DNA of 64,000 nt from Clostridia bacterium (GTDB taxonomy: Bacteria; Bacillota; Clostridia; UBA1212; UBA1255). Positions 37,222 to 47,542 of the stretch are shown piece by piece. The number at the start of each line of letters is the position of its first letter. Within the stretch, counting starts at the first letter, position 1. The position numbers were made by a program, and so were the translations under genes. Location: positions 3,455-67,454 of the forward strand of contig JAFYOJ010000191.1 of the NCBI GenBank assembly GCA_017560225.1, given 5' to 3'. The notes under the pieces are model-generated. The model searched no databases, was not told the DNA's origin, and saw only the letters and a program-made list of their open reading frames with translations.

Positions 37222-39156
37222 TTATCCCTCCTTCGCAAACTTACGAGAAGCACGGATGCACAAAGCCGCCACAATTCCCCAAATGACCAATACGCCGATC
37301 AAGCCGGGCACAAAACCTACACCCACGTGACCGTGGCCCACCAACGTACCAATCTGATACGCCAGGAAACCCACTGTGTAGCCCACGCCCAATTGAAGAC
37401 CGATGCCGCCCAAAAGCCAGCGGGTACTCTTCATCTCGGCTCTCATAGCGCCGATAGCCGCAAAGCACGGCGGTGTAAATAAATTCAGCATTAAAAATGC
37501 AAGGGCTGCCGCTCTGCCGATGCCAAGCGTACCCGCATCCAGATTCGCCACCGCAAAGCAAACTGCCAAGGTGCCCACCACATTCTCTTTTGCAATAAAG
37601 CCTGTAATGGTCGCCGCCGCCATTTGCCAGGACAACACACCTAATACCGGCACCAGCACGTAGGCAAAAGGTGCCGCCACAGAAGCCAGAATCGAGGCAT
37701 CCGCCGTCTCTGCTACGCCGAAACTCCACGTGAACGACTGCATCACCTGCACCACCGTATTGCACAGTAAGATAATGGTCGCCGCCTTTACAATAAAGGA
37801 CCATCCGCGGCTGCACATGGACTGAGTCGCCCGCCACAAACTGGGCATTTTATACTCCGGAAGTTCAATAATAAAGAAAGATTTCTTGGCATCATAGCCC
37901 GTAATCTTATTGATAATCAATGCGCAGAAATAAATAATGACGATAGCTGCGAAATACATCAAAGGACCTACCCAAGAAGCCTTTTTGAAGAATGCGCCCG
38001 CAATCAGCGCAATCACCGGCAATTTCGCACCGCAAGGCATAAAGGGCGCCAGCATCGCCGTGGCACGTCGCTCCCGCTCATTCCGAATGGTACGGCACGC
38101 CATAACACCGGGCACCGCGCAGCCGGTACCGATAACAAAGGCAATGACCGACTTACCGGAAAGTCCGATTTTCTTAAAAATAGGATCCAGCACCACAGAC
38201 ACGCGAGCCATATAGCCGCAATCCTCCAGCAGTGCAATCAAGAAGTACATCACCATCACTAAAGGCAAGAAGCCCAGCACTGCAATCGCACCACCCAGCA
38301 CGCCATCAATCAATAAGGCATATACAATTTCCGGTACGTTTTGGAAGAAGGAACCTACCCACTCTTGGAACGCTTCCAGCACGGCCGTCAAACCGTCTGC
38401 AATCCACACGCCGGGCCCCGCCTGGGAAATCCAGAACACCAAGAACATCACAAGGGCGAAAATGGGAATACCAGCCCAATGATTGGTCAGCACCCGGTCA
38501 ATCTTATCTTGGAAATTACGCTGGCGGGTAAAAACTTTTCTGCTTTCCACACGCTTCACAATTTCATTGACAAATGCAAAGCGTCGCTTGTCAGCCGCCA
38601 CCACTTGTGCCTTGTTGGACAAATCGACAGCCCCTTGATCAAAAGGTGCCTTCTGGGTCGTTCCCCGAAGCGCCATCGCTTGCGCCACAACGGCCTTCAA
38701 ACCCTCGTTGGAAGTGGAAACTGTTTCCAGCACAGGACACCCCAAAGCTACCGATAACTGCGCAAGATCAATATGGGTGTCTTTCTTCTCGTTAATATCC
38801 GCTTTATTTAAAGCCACCACCATGGGAATCCCCAACTCCAACAACTGAGTGGTAAAGAACAAACTTCTGGACAAATTGGTGGCGTCCACAATGTTAATCA
38901 TCACGTCGGGACGTTCATTTTGAATATAGGTACTGGTAACACTTTCTTCGGAGGTGAAAGGAGACATAGAGTATGCACCGGGAAGATCCACGGCTACAAT
39001 CCGTTCATCCAGACCGGTATAACTTTTCTTAATGGCACTTTCCTTCTTCTCTACCGTAACACCGGCCCAGTTGCCCACCTTCTCATTCCGACCGGTGAGG
39101 GCATTATACATGGTCGTCTTACCGCTATTGGGATTGCCCGCCAAAGCAATTCTCAT
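37222..39156 (-). CDS. feoB: Ferrous iron transporter FeoB.
   Basis: The N-terminal G-domain reads MRIALAGNPNSGKTTMYNALTG, followed by a polytopic membrane domain. The RBS is AAAGGAG. Confidence 0.95.
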   Translation of the reverse strand: MRIALAGNPNSGKTTMYNALTGRNEKVGNWAGVTVEKKESAIKKSYTGLDERIVAVDLPGAYSMSPFTSEESVTSTYIQNERPDVMINIVDATNLSRSLFFTTQLLELGIPMVVALNKADINEKKDTHIDLAQLSVALGCPVLETVSTSNEGLKAVVAQAMALRGTTQKAPFDQGAVDLSNKAQVVAADKRRFAFVNEIVKRVESRKVFTRQRNFQDKIDRVLTNHWAGIPIFALVMFLVFWISQAGPGVWIADGLTAVLEAFQEWVGSFFQNVPEIVYALLIDGVLGGAIAVLGFLPLVMVMYFLIALLEDCGYMARVSVVLDPIFKKIGLSGKSVIAFVIGTGCAVPGVMACRTIRNERERRATAMLAPFMPCGAKLPVIALIAGAFFKKASWVGPLMYFAAIVIIYFCALIINKITGYDAKKSFFIIELPEYKMPSLWRATQSMCSRGWSFIVKAATIILLCNTVVQVMQSFTWSFGVAETADASILASVAAPFAYVLVPVLGVLSWQMAAATITGFIAKENVVGTLAVCFAVANLDAGTLGIGRAAALAFLMLNLFTPPCFAAIGAMRAEMKSTRWLLGGIGLQLGVGYTVGFLAYQIGTLVGHGHVGVGFVPGLIGVLVIWGIVAALCIRASRKFAKEG

Positions 39157-39181
39157 GAAACCTTGCTCCTTTAAAAATCTC

Positions 39182-39397
39182 TTATTCCACTATCATCAAG
39201 GCAGCCAATTGATTATCAATACTGTATCGGCCATCTTTAATGGAAACCACGCAGCTACCTCTTAAATGGGCAATGACCGTAATGGGCTCTCCTACGTAGC
39301 ATCCTAAAGAAAAAAGGAATGCATCCAATTCATCATCCCGGGTATGCATTTCCCGGATGATATATTCTCTGCCTTCCTCTGCCTGTAATAATGTCAT
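39182..39397 (-). CDS. feoA: FeoA family protein.
   Basis: The 71-aa SH3-like protein (GREYIIREMHT...) lies immediately upstream of feoB. Confidence 0.85.
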   Translation of the reverse strand: MTLLQAEEGREYIIREMHTRDDELDAFLFSLGCYVGEPITVIAHLRGSCVVSIKDGRYSIDNQLAALMIVE

Positions 39398-39453
39398 TTC
39401 CTGTCACCTTGTTATGTATAAACTTTCAGTTAGCAGCGGCTAACTGCTTTTCA

Positions 39454-39482
39454 ATAATACAAAACAATGTGTCATTTGTCAA
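39454..39482 (-). promoter_or_regulatory. Sigma-A-type promoter for feoAB.
   Basis: The minus strand reads TTGACA, a 17-nt spacer, then TATTAT. The transcript would begin with a stable 5' hairpin CAGUUAGC-cgcu-GCUAACUG (39426..39447). Confidence 0.5.
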
Positions 39483-39509
39483 CATAAAAATATGGATATT
39501 CACAAAAAA

Positions 39510-40277
39510 TTATAACTTTTGCTGCTTCATCCAGTACCACATCACGAAACGATGGGGCAGTATTTTAGCCAAGATCGCCTGGAAGCGGGCCACAAATCCA
39601 AATTTGCTCACTTGGCGGCCCTTCTTCATATCTCGCCACGCACGTTTAATAATCTGTTCCGGCATATACATCGCGGTATATTTCTTTACAACAGCATCCT
39701 GATCGGCCGCCACCGCCCGGTTAAAGAATTCCGTTTTGGTCCAGAAAGGACACACCGCCGTCACCGTAATCCCTTTCGGTTTCAACTCACAGTACAAGCC
39801 CCGGCTGTAACTCAGCACAAAAGCTTTTGACGCCGCATATACGTTGATATACGGCACCGGTTGGAACGCCGCTACAGAAGCAATATTGATAATATTGGAA
39901 TCGGCAGGCATATAAGGAATGGTCATCTGGCACATGGCCATCAGCGCTTTACAATTTAAGTCCACCATACCGAAATTTTCTTCCAAAGGCAACTCCACCG
40001 TGGCCCGGAACTTACCAAAGCCACTAGCATTGATGAGCAACAACACTTGGGGCTGTTCTTCTTTCAAAAGTGCTTCGTATTTTGCCAAATCGCCGGGATT
40101 CGTCAGGTCAAGGGAGAGGGGCCGTGCAGGTAAAATGGTTTTCAATTCCTCCAAACGGTCTTTCCGTCTTGCAATTACCCAAACTTCATCCAACTCTTTT
40201 CCGGAACTGGATAAAGTTTCCGCAAAAAGACGACCCATACCGCTGGAAGCTCCTGTAACGACTGCAATTTTCTTCAT
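39510..40277 (-). CDS. SDR family NAD(P)-dependent oxidoreductase.
   Basis: The motifs TGASSGMG (TGxxxGxG) and YAASK (YxxxK) are present. The RBS is GAAAGG...GGAG. Confidence 0.85.
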   Translation of the reverse strand: MKKIAVVTGASSGMGRLFAETLSSSGKELDEVWVIARRKDRLEELKTILPARPLSLDLTNPGDLAKYEALLKEEQPQVLLLINASGFGKFRATVELPLEENFGMVDLNCKALMAMCQMTIPYMPADSNIINIASVAAFQPVPYINVYAASKAFVLSYSRGLYCELKPKGITVTAVCPFWTKTEFFNRAVAADQDAVVKKYTAMYMPEQIIKRAWRDMKKGRQVSKFGFVARFQAILAKILPHRFVMWYWMKQQKL

Positions 40278-40306
40278 AAATGCGTCTCCGCCTTTCTATA
40301 CTTGCA

Positions 40307-42817
40307 TCAGAAGGACCAGGTGGAGAACCAGCGAAGTCCGTCAATATAGGCTTCTTTCACAGGAATTCCCACCATCACCGGATAGAACAGAACATACAAA
40401 ACCAAAACCAGAAGCAAGTATCCTCCGATCACCCAACGGTTAATCACTTTGTCTTCATACAGACATTTAATCACGTATACAATCATCAAAATCAGGAACG
40501 GTACAGCGGTAAAATAGTGATAAATAAACGTACACCGGGTTACCAAAATCCAGGGGAACAACTGACAAGCGTATCCAAGGAATACAACCAGCATCATTTT
40601 CTCTTTTCGTTTCCAAGCAAAGTACAAAGCCGGAATGATACAAGCAAGACCGGTCCACCAAATGGCCGGATTACCCATGGAAACAACAGATGCCCGGATG
40701 CCGGCAGGAAGCCCGGCAGAAGCGCTGGAATAATAGTAAATAGGACGGCCATCTATAATCCAGGAATACCAAGAAGACTGGTAGGAATGGGTTGCATTCA
40801 AATTCGCATGATAGTTATACATATACTCCTGATTATCCAGCACAATTTCAATCAAGGACTTATCCGGATTGGAGGCCATATACGGAATATAGGACAAAAC
40901 GTAAATAGTCAGCGGAATAATCACAAAGAAGACCACGCACATCAAGCAAGTGGGAATGAAATTCCCCACGAACCAGGACTTCTTACCGGCAGGAATTTTA
41001 TACCGACCGGAGGACACATCCATACTTTCTGCAATCTTCGCCATAAAGAACAGTACCGCAAGACCGACGCCCGCATAAATACTGGTCCATTTTGCCGCCG
41101 CACCCAAACCGAAGCACAGACCGGAAAGGCCCAAAGAAACCATCCCTTTCCAGAAAGGACGGTCGTAAGACCGCTGGGAGAAATAATCGTACATAAAGTA
41201 GTACATCAGCAAAATAAAGAATACGGAATACGTATCAATAGTCGCCAATCTGGTTTGTGTCGTCCGCATAAAGTCGGTCATCAGCAGGAAAGCCGCAATA
41301 AACGCATAACCCCGCTTCTTAAATAACTTAAATGCAAGCAGATACATAATGGGCACCAAGCATACGCCCAAAAGCGTACCCATAAAACGCCAACCAAACG
41401 GATTCATGCCGAACAGGGAAATACCAATGGAAATAATGGTCTTTCCAAGAGGCGGATGGGTCACTTCATAGATGGGCAGGCCATTCATATGCTCATAGGC
41501 CGTTCTGGGGAAGTAAATTTCATCAAAATACGTACCGTTCTCGAACGTCCGGTAAGCCTGTGCCAGATCCTGTTCGTCAAAGAGCTTGTCCGGCGTATGG
41601 GGATTGGTTTCATCCGTACTGTACGTTTCCACCACAGTTACGGGCACAAGGGTATAGTTGCCTTCTGCATCTTTCTCCCAGAAAGCCATTTCATTCAGGC
41701 CCAAACCTCTTACTTTCACCGTTACACGAACACGTTTCGTGGTAAAGGTCACGTTCTTCAAATGCCATTCAAAGAAAGCGATATCATCTCGATCAAAGGA
41801 AAATGCTTCTTGATATTCGCCCGAGGCGTTTTCATAAGCAACTTCATAGGCCGCATTGCTGGTATTGGGCACGTTGGGATTCAACGTCACACGGGAAATC
41901 TTGGTTTCCTCCGGGAACTCTACAATAACGTATTCACCGGAAGCAACCGGTTTCCAATGGGAGCTAACACCTTCCGCATTTCCCAACTTATAGAAAGAGG
42001 TACACGCACATACCAATGTGAGCACCGCCAGCACGATATAATCTTTCTTATCCAGGCGCGCCCGGGGCTCCGAAAGAGATTTGCCCAACGCAACCTTCTC
42101 ATCATCGTGGCGCATAATGGTGGCCATTACGTACATCACAAGACCCACCACCAAAACAATAAACAAGGCTTGGAAATACCAGGGCGTATCACTGCCGGCT
42201 TCTTTCTTCTGCGTCTGATAGGATTCAACGGAGAAAGGCTCTACGCCACCGGGCACCTTAGATACTTTCTCAATTTGAACGTCGTCAATATAAACAATAC
42301 CGGCAGACTCATTGCTGTAACCGCCAAGGCCAAAACTCAGTTCCAAAGAAGTTTGTTTGGCTCCGGTGGTAAAATAAGCCGTCTGTTGTTGCCATTTGCC
42401 GTCAGTGGTATAAAGGGCTTCAGAGTGACCAAAGGTTTCAATGGCAGAAATATTAAAACCATTTCCGCCCACCAGGGTTCCCTCAATCTTAACCATGGCA
42501 GTTACCTTGTAGGTACTGTTCTTCTTGACAGCCAGTTTCTGATAAATACGAGCATCATTGGCAGAATTGCTGGCAATTTTCACCGCCTGGCCGGAGTAAC
42601 CGTCTGCCACCAAAGAAATCGTGGTGCAAGCGGTGTCCCCTACATCCTTTTGGTAATTGCGCTGACTCCACTGGGTAATCTTAGTGCCACTTCCTTGCTC
42701 AAAATCCCCATTTGCCAATGCTTGATTGCCGCTACAGCCCACCAACGTGACCAGCGTCATCAAGATTATGAGTATAAAGAGTCCTGCTTTCTTATTCAAA
42801 CAAAGAAATTTCTTCAT
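40307..42817 (-). CDS. Membrane GT-C glycosyltransferase of the PMT/GT39-like (phospholipid-carrier-dependent) family with an N-terminal extracytoplasmic carbohydrate-binding-like domain.
   Basis: A lipoprotein-type signal peptide (MKKFLCLNKKAGLFILIILMTLVTLVGC) is followed by a CBM4/9-like jelly-roll of about 180 aa and a multi-transmembrane core (YFDEIYFPRTAYEHMNGLPIYEVTHPPLGK, a PMT-like loop). The start is ATG 42817 after GGAGGAAG. It overlaps the upstream gene by 26 nt. Confidence 0.7.
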   Translation of the reverse strand: MKKFLCLNKKAGLFILIILMTLVTLVGCSGNQALANGDFEQGSGTKITQWSQRNYQKDVGDTACTTISLVADGYSGQAVKIASNSANDARIYQKLAVKKNSTYKVTAMVKIEGTLVGGNGFNISAIETFGHSEALYTTDGKWQQQTAYFTTGAKQTSLELSFGLGGYSNESAGIVYIDDVQIEKVSKVPGGVEPFSVESYQTQKKEAGSDTPWYFQALFIVLVVGLVMYVMATIMRHDDEKVALGKSLSEPRARLDKKDYIVLAVLTLVCACTSFYKLGNAEGVSSHWKPVASGEYVIVEFPEETKISRVTLNPNVPNTSNAAYEVAYENASGEYQEAFSFDRDDIAFFEWHLKNVTFTTKRVRVTVKVRGLGLNEMAFWEKDAEGNYTLVPVTVVETYSTDETNPHTPDKLFDEQDLAQAYRTFENGTYFDEIYFPRTAYEHMNGLPIYEVTHPPLGKTIISIGISLFGMNPFGWRFMGTLLGVCLVPIMYLLAFKLFKKRGYAFIAAFLLMTDFMRTTQTRLATIDTYSVFFILLMYYFMYDYFSQRSYDRPFWKGMVSLGLSGLCFGLGAAAKWTSIYAGVGLAVLFFMAKIAESMDVSSGRYKIPAGKKSWFVGNFIPTCLMCVVFFVIIPLTIYVLSYIPYMASNPDKSLIEIVLDNQEYMYNYHANLNATHSYQSSWYSWIIDGRPIYYYSSASAGLPAGIRASVVSMGNPAIWWTGLACIIPALYFAWKRKEKMMLVVFLGYACQLFPWILVTRCTFIYHYFTAVPFLILMIVYVIKCLYEDKVINRWVIGGYLLLVLVLYVLFYPVMVGIPVKEAYIDGLRWFSTWSF

Positions 42818-44906
42818 AGACTTCTTCCTCCAACATCCAAATTTCATATCGTTTATTTCGAATGGTCTCGTTACCCGTAACGTATGCAATCGCTACCGCA
42901 ACAAGCAAGATACACAAAATCAAATTTCCGGCTGCCAATAAATCTCGATGAATGGCATCTCCTGCCCAATAATACCAACCGTACACAGATTGCGGTGCAC
43001 CGACATTTTTCAAAACGCCGCCGGTTTCTAATCCCATCATTACGGAAAATACGGACAAGAAGCTAATGCCGGATATACCGCCGTAAAGCCACAAAAGAAT
43101 TTTATTATTCGTTCCGATCACCGCAAGCAACAAGAACGGAATGGCCGGGAAGAAATAACGTTCATGCATACGGGGTGCAAACATGGTAACCGCCAGAACC
43201 AGTACTGCGGCTAACAAGAAGGGAGTTTCCTCCTCCATTTTACCAAACAAATAAAGCGCACCCACCAACAAACAAACCACAACAATAAACAGAAGGCCCC
43301 ACTGGAAGAAGGTCATTCCCCAAAGCCATTTTCCGCTATCGTTGGTCCAGTTCTCGCCCAACAAGTACCAGAAGTTGTATGCATTTACAGTAGCTCCTTT
43401 ATACCCATTGGCAGTACCTACATACAGTTCTATAATCCACTTAAAGAAGCCCGCACCTCGATGAATGCCAAAAGGAAGGGCAACCAAAGAAAGCGTGGCC
43501 GCAAACGAACTGAGAATGCCAAACAAGCTGCCGATTTTCTTCCATACAGCCATTTCACGATTCCAAATCAATCGGCGCAGCCATGCAAAACCCAAAATAG
43601 GGATCAAGAAGATTCCCTGGGGTTTCAAAATAACCGCAAAAGCAACGCACACGGAAGCCGGTACCAAACGATCTTTCATAATGAAATACAACATCAAGCA
43701 CAAAGGCAGCGCTTGCAAGCTGTCCACCTGGCCCCACGCAGCGGAATCCAAAAGCACCATGGGATTAAACACCCATGCACTCACCAAGAACAACACCCAT
43801 TTTCTGGGCATCCGTTGGTCACAAACTTTGTAAATCAAGAATGCAATCACGCAATCCGCCAACATAGAAGGCAGTTTCAAAAGAAGCGTATGACCCAAAG
43901 TGCCTGTAATGCCCAAGGCTTTTGCTAAAATAGTGTTGAACCACAAGAAGTAAATATAAAGGGGTGGATAATCCAAACTGTATTTCTCTGCATTTTTGTA
44001 GAAATTCACAATGCCGTCTTCCGCACACCGCTCACCCCAGTATCGGAACAAGTTTACGTCAATACTACACTGAGGCGCCGTCACAGACAAAATCAAACGA
44101 AGTACCAATCCGGCACTGATGATGGTAAGCACCCATTTTAACAACTGGCGATTGCGCTGTTTACGCTCTGCCGGAACGATGATCTGCACGGCTGCCCGTC
44201 TGCTATACCGATACATCACAATAAAGATTGCACCCATCACCACAGTAAGGAGCGCACCGATTTTCATAGCATCCCAATACAGACTTTCCTCTGCGTAATT
44301 AGAAGTGCCGGCACCGCTCATGCTGTTCTTAAAGGAAACTACGGTCACACCGGAGGGTTTGGCGGAAAGCTGCTGCACTTCTACGTTATCAAACCACGCA
44401 GTTCCGGTAGAAATGCCACTATAGAATCCCAAACGCAAACACACTTTCATTTCTTTCTGACCGTCTGCAGTAACGCCGTATAATTCCACCCGAGTCCAAT
44501 CTTGATCCCCGGTAAATCCACCGCTATACTCAAATGTGTTCAGCACGGAAATATTGCCCCCCACCGCACTGCTACTTTCTACAACGCCTTGCGTCTTGAT
44601 CCACGCTGTAATTTTATAATAAGTATTGGGACGTACGTCTACGTCAATGATATAACGGGCATCATTATCCTGCGTATTCTCAATTTTGACACAGCCACTG
44701 CCGTCTATACCGCCGTCTTTATCCCAGGCAAAGTTAGAAAGCTGGGAGGTATAGGCTTGGGGATAAAAAGCGCCCGCCCCTTGATTGAAGTCCCAAGACC
44801 CCAGTAATTGATCTTCTGCCTTGTCCGATTTACAGCTTGTTGCAAATACCAACAGGACCAGTAGACAGCATAAAATAATTTTACGTAAATACGTTCCTTT
44901 TCTCAT
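42792..44906 (-). CDS. Second membrane GT-C glycosyltransferase-like protein with a paralogous N-terminal carbohydrate-binding-like domain.
   Basis: The lipobox signal is LLVFATSC. The N-domain aligns with that of the downstream gene (GCVKIENTQDNDARYIIDVDVRPNTYYKITAWIKTQG versus QAVKIASNSANDARIYQKLAVKKNSTYKVTAMVKIEG). The multi-transmembrane region has a DYPPLYIYFLWF loop reminiscent of GT-C families. The start ATG overlaps the upstream stop as ATGA. Confidence 0.65.
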   Translation of the reverse strand: MRKGTYLRKIILCCLLVLLVFATSCKSDKAEDQLLGSWDFNQGAGAFYPQAYTSQLSNFAWDKDGGIDGSGCVKIENTQDNDARYIIDVDVRPNTYYKITAWIKTQGVVESSSAVGGNISVLNTFEYSGGFTGDQDWTRVELYGVTADGQKEMKVCLRLGFYSGISTGTAWFDNVEVQQLSAKPSGVTVVSFKNSMSGAGTSNYAEESLYWDAMKIGALLTVVMGAIFIVMYRYSRRAAVQIIVPAERKQRNRQLLKWVLTIISAGLVLRLILSVTAPQCSIDVNLFRYWGERCAEDGIVNFYKNAEKYSLDYPPLYIYFLWFNTILAKALGITGTLGHTLLLKLPSMLADCVIAFLIYKVCDQRMPRKWVLFLVSAWVFNPMVLLDSAAWGQVDSLQALPLCLMLYFIMKDRLVPASVCVAFAVILKPQGIFLIPILGFAWLRRLIWNREMAVWKKIGSLFGILSSFAATLSLVALPFGIHRGAGFFKWIIELYVGTANGYKGATVNAYNFWYLLGENWTNDSGKWLWGMTFFQWGLLFIVVVCLLVGALYLFGKMEEETPFLLAAVLVLAVTMFAPRMHERYFFPAIPFLLLAVIGTNNKILLWLYGGISGISFLSVFSVMMGLETGGVLKNVGAPQSVYGWYYWAGDAIHRDLLAAGNLILCILLVAVAIAYVTGNETIRNKRYEIWMLEEEVYEEISLFE

Positions 44907-45625
44907 GCCTTTAACAGCCTTTCTACAACAGCTCCGCTGTCGATTTCAATTCCTTTCCGGTAAATCAGTTCCCGGATATAACACCCTTTGCCGATGACGG
45001 CAGAATCGCAGAAGAGTTCTTCCACATGGGTATATGTCAAATTAGCCTCTGATACATCCATAAAGGTAACTGTAAGGAGTGGCGACGTACAGGTCATTTC
45101 TAACTGTCCGGGAGGCGTTACGTAGCGCACCGTCACACGGTCACTGTTTAGTTCATGAATCCGAGAGGGAAAACATGATAATATTTCCAACTCCTGACAA
45201 TTAACCTGTTCATTTGCCAACAATTGTCCTTGAATCGTTACCCGATCTCCTTTGAGTTTCTGGGTTGCTTCCAGGGTACCGGACCCTTTCACCAACAAAC
45301 GGCCTGCGGAAAATGCGCCCTGAATATTTCCCTTATGCTCAAACACCGCCACATCCGACCAACAGCGACCAAGCACGGTTAAGTCACCCGGCACCTGAAT
45401 GGTTTCTGCCAATAAGTTTTGCTTAAAACAAGCCTCTCCCGAAATCCACAGCCGATCACAGGTGGCAAATTCTCTGAATTGGGCCGTACCGGTTATATCA
45501 ATCCGGTCCGCTTCCACCGTTTCCATAAAGTAGCAATCTCCCGTCACCTGCAAGTTCTGCAAGTGTAAGGGTTGGGTTGCAGTGTGGCGATCTTCAATTA
45601 CAAGGCCATTGAAATTATGATTCAC
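44903..45625 (-). CDS. Beta-helix repeat protein, possibly of the bactofilin-like polymer-forming cytoskeletal family (tentative).
   Basis: The 240-aa protein has repetitive short beta-strand periodicity (VTGD..., ITGTAQF, ISGEACF, VPGDLTVLG, VKGSGTLEA). The start is GTG after AGAGGAGG, inside the last codons of pepF (11-nt overlap). Confidence 0.4.
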   Translation of the reverse strand: MNHNFNGLVIEDRHTATQPLHLQNLQVTGDCYFMETVEADRIDITGTAQFREFATCDRLWISGEACFKQNLLAETIQVPGDLTVLGRCWSDVAVFEHKGNIQGAFSAGRLLVKGSGTLEATQKLKGDRVTIQGQLLANEQVNCQELEILSCFPSRIHELNSDRVTVRYVTPPGQLEMTCTSPLLTVTFMDVSEANLTYTHVEELFCDSAVIGKGCYIRELIYRKGIEIDSGAVVERLLKA

Positions 45626-47432
45626 AGAAAGCCTCCTCTAACCGGTTTACGTATGCCCGGAAAATATCCAATGCCGCTTCCACCGGTTTGGGCGTGGATA
45701 AATCCACCCCGGCGATTTTCAAGAGTTCAATGGGATAATCACTGCCGCCGGAAGATAAGAACTGCAAATAGCGGTCTACTGCGCCGTCGGCACCCGCCTG
45801 AATTTCATTGGCAATTAACGCCGCAGAAGAAAAGCCCGTTGCGTACTGGTATACGTAAAATGCCGAATAGAAATGAGGAATTCTTGCCCATTCCAAGGCG
45901 ATTTCTTGATCTACTTTCACGGACGCTCCATAATATTTACGATTTAATTTAAGATACTGCTTACAAAGGTGCTCTGCCGTCAACGGCACCCCTTTCTCAC
46001 AGTCCTGATGGGCAATTTGTTCAAATTCCGCAAACATAGTCTGTCGGTATACTGTTGTACGGAATTCTTCTAAATAATGATTGATTAAATAAGTTTCCAT
46101 AGCCGGGTCATCGCAATTTTGAAGCAGGTACGCCATCAGCAAATTCTCATTGACTGTAGAGGCCACTTCTGCCACAAAAATCTTATAGGACGCATATTGG
46201 TACGGCTGGGTGCGATTGCTATAGTAAGAATGCATCGCATGCCCCAACTCATGGGCCAAGGTAAACAAATCTTCCAATCTTCCCTGCCAGTTGAGCAATA
46301 CGTAGGGATGCACCCCGTAACTGCCCCAAGAATAGGCACCTGTGGTCTTGCCCCGATTCTCATAGACGTCAATCCAACCTTCCTGGAAAGCCTTGGACAA
46401 ATCTTCAATATACTGGGCACCCAGGGGAGCCAATGCTTTCAGTACAATTTCCTTCCCCTCTTGGAAGGTATACGTCTTATGAGGCACCTGTACCATGGGC
46501 ACGTACAGATCGTACATGTGAAGGGTAGGCAAGTTCAGCGCCCGCTTACGAATTTCTAAATATTGGTTCAGGGCAGGTAGGCCATCGTGGACCGTATCAA
46601 TTAAATTGGTGTACACGGCGGCAGGAATATTGCCCCCGGACAATTTCGCTTCTAAACAAGAAGCATATTTCCGAGTACGGGCATAGAACCAATCCGTCTG
46701 CACATTGCCCGAATAGCAAGCCGCCAAGGTATTGCGGTAAGATCCGTAGGTGGCGTAAAGGGCCTTAAAGGCACGACGGCGCACATTTCGGTCGTAACTA
46801 TGGAGGAAGCGGGTAAAACGGCCAATGGTCAGTTCCGTTTTATTCCCCTCTTCGTCCTTAATCGACGGAAAACGCACGTCTGCATTCTCAAACATAGTAA
46901 ATACGTTATCCCCGGTTTGCAGGGCATCTGCCGCGCCGGAGAGCAAAGCTTCTTCTTGATCGGAAAGCACGTGGGCTTTCTGACGGAGTAAGTCTTCTAA
47001 CAAAAAGCGATAATTTTCCAGGCTGGGCGTCGTTTGGAAGAACGCTGCCATTTTCTCCGCCCCTGCCAAAACTTCCGGCTCAAAAAAAGACCAGGCCGTC
47101 ATCAGTTTGGTGCCCAGCATTTCGCTTCGCGCCGCCAAGTTCTGGTAAAATGCTTTTCCGTTGTCTTCGTCCCTTCGCATCCGGGCATACACGTACACCC
47201 GCTCAAAGGCAAGACTGAGGGCATGCTGAAATTCCAGGGCTTCAAGCAGTTTCTCGCCCTTTCCCTGCATTAATTTTCCTTTGAACTTTGGTACTTTCTT
47301 GAGATCTTTCTCCACTTGGGAGAACGCACGCTCCCACAGAGCATCCGTTTCAAACAGATCCTCTAATTTCCATTTATATAAATCTTCGATTTCATTTCGT
47401 TCCGGCAAACGGTTCTGGTTCTTAGTCGCCAC
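45615..47432 (-). CDS. pepF: Oligoendopeptidase F (M3B family).
   Basis: The HELGHAMHS zinc-binding HExxH motif is present. The 605-aa length is typical. The start is GTG after AAGGAGG. Confidence 0.9.
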   Translation of the reverse strand: MATKNQNRLPERNEIEDLYKWKLEDLFETDALWERAFSQVEKDLKKVPKFKGKLMQGKGEKLLEALEFQHALSLAFERVYVYARMRRDEDNGKAFYQNLAARSEMLGTKLMTAWSFFEPEVLAGAEKMAAFFQTTPSLENYRFLLEDLLRQKAHVLSDQEEALLSGAADALQTGDNVFTMFENADVRFPSIKDEEGNKTELTIGRFTRFLHSYDRNVRRRAFKALYATYGSYRNTLAACYSGNVQTDWFYARTRKYASCLEAKLSGGNIPAAVYTNLIDTVHDGLPALNQYLEIRKRALNLPTLHMYDLYVPMVQVPHKTYTFQEGKEIVLKALAPLGAQYIEDLSKAFQEGWIDVYENRGKTTGAYSWGSYGVHPYVLLNWQGRLEDLFTLAHELGHAMHSYYSNRTQPYQYASYKIFVAEVASTVNENLLMAYLLQNCDDPAMETYLINHYLEEFRTTVYRQTMFAEFEQIAHQDCEKGVPLTAEHLCKQYLKLNRKYYGASVKVDQEIALEWARIPHFYSAFYVYQYATGFSSAALIANEIQAGADGAVDRYLQFLSSGGSDYPIELLKIAGVDLSTPKPVEAALDIFRAYVNRLEEAFCES

Positions 47433-47542
47433 TTGCGATCGCCTCCTTTTGCTATTGTAAACAAAAATGGCAGGAAATACAAGTCCGCAAATTGCAAAAC
47501 CTCCTTATTTCGTGTTATACTGAACCAAAGGAGGCTTTTCCT

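Noticed and set aside
39398-39509. Fur box in the feoA promoter region.
   Set aside because: No convincing 7-1-7 GATAATGATAATCATTATC-like palindrome is visible. Only AT-rich partial matches (AATGACACATTG) were seen, so no Fur-box call is made.
41456-42880. 474-aa plus-strand ORF, and a 348-aa ORF at 40280..41326.
   Set aside because: They are antisense to the GT-C glycosyltransferase gene. The translations are His/Arg/Gln-rich, without transmembrane or domain features.
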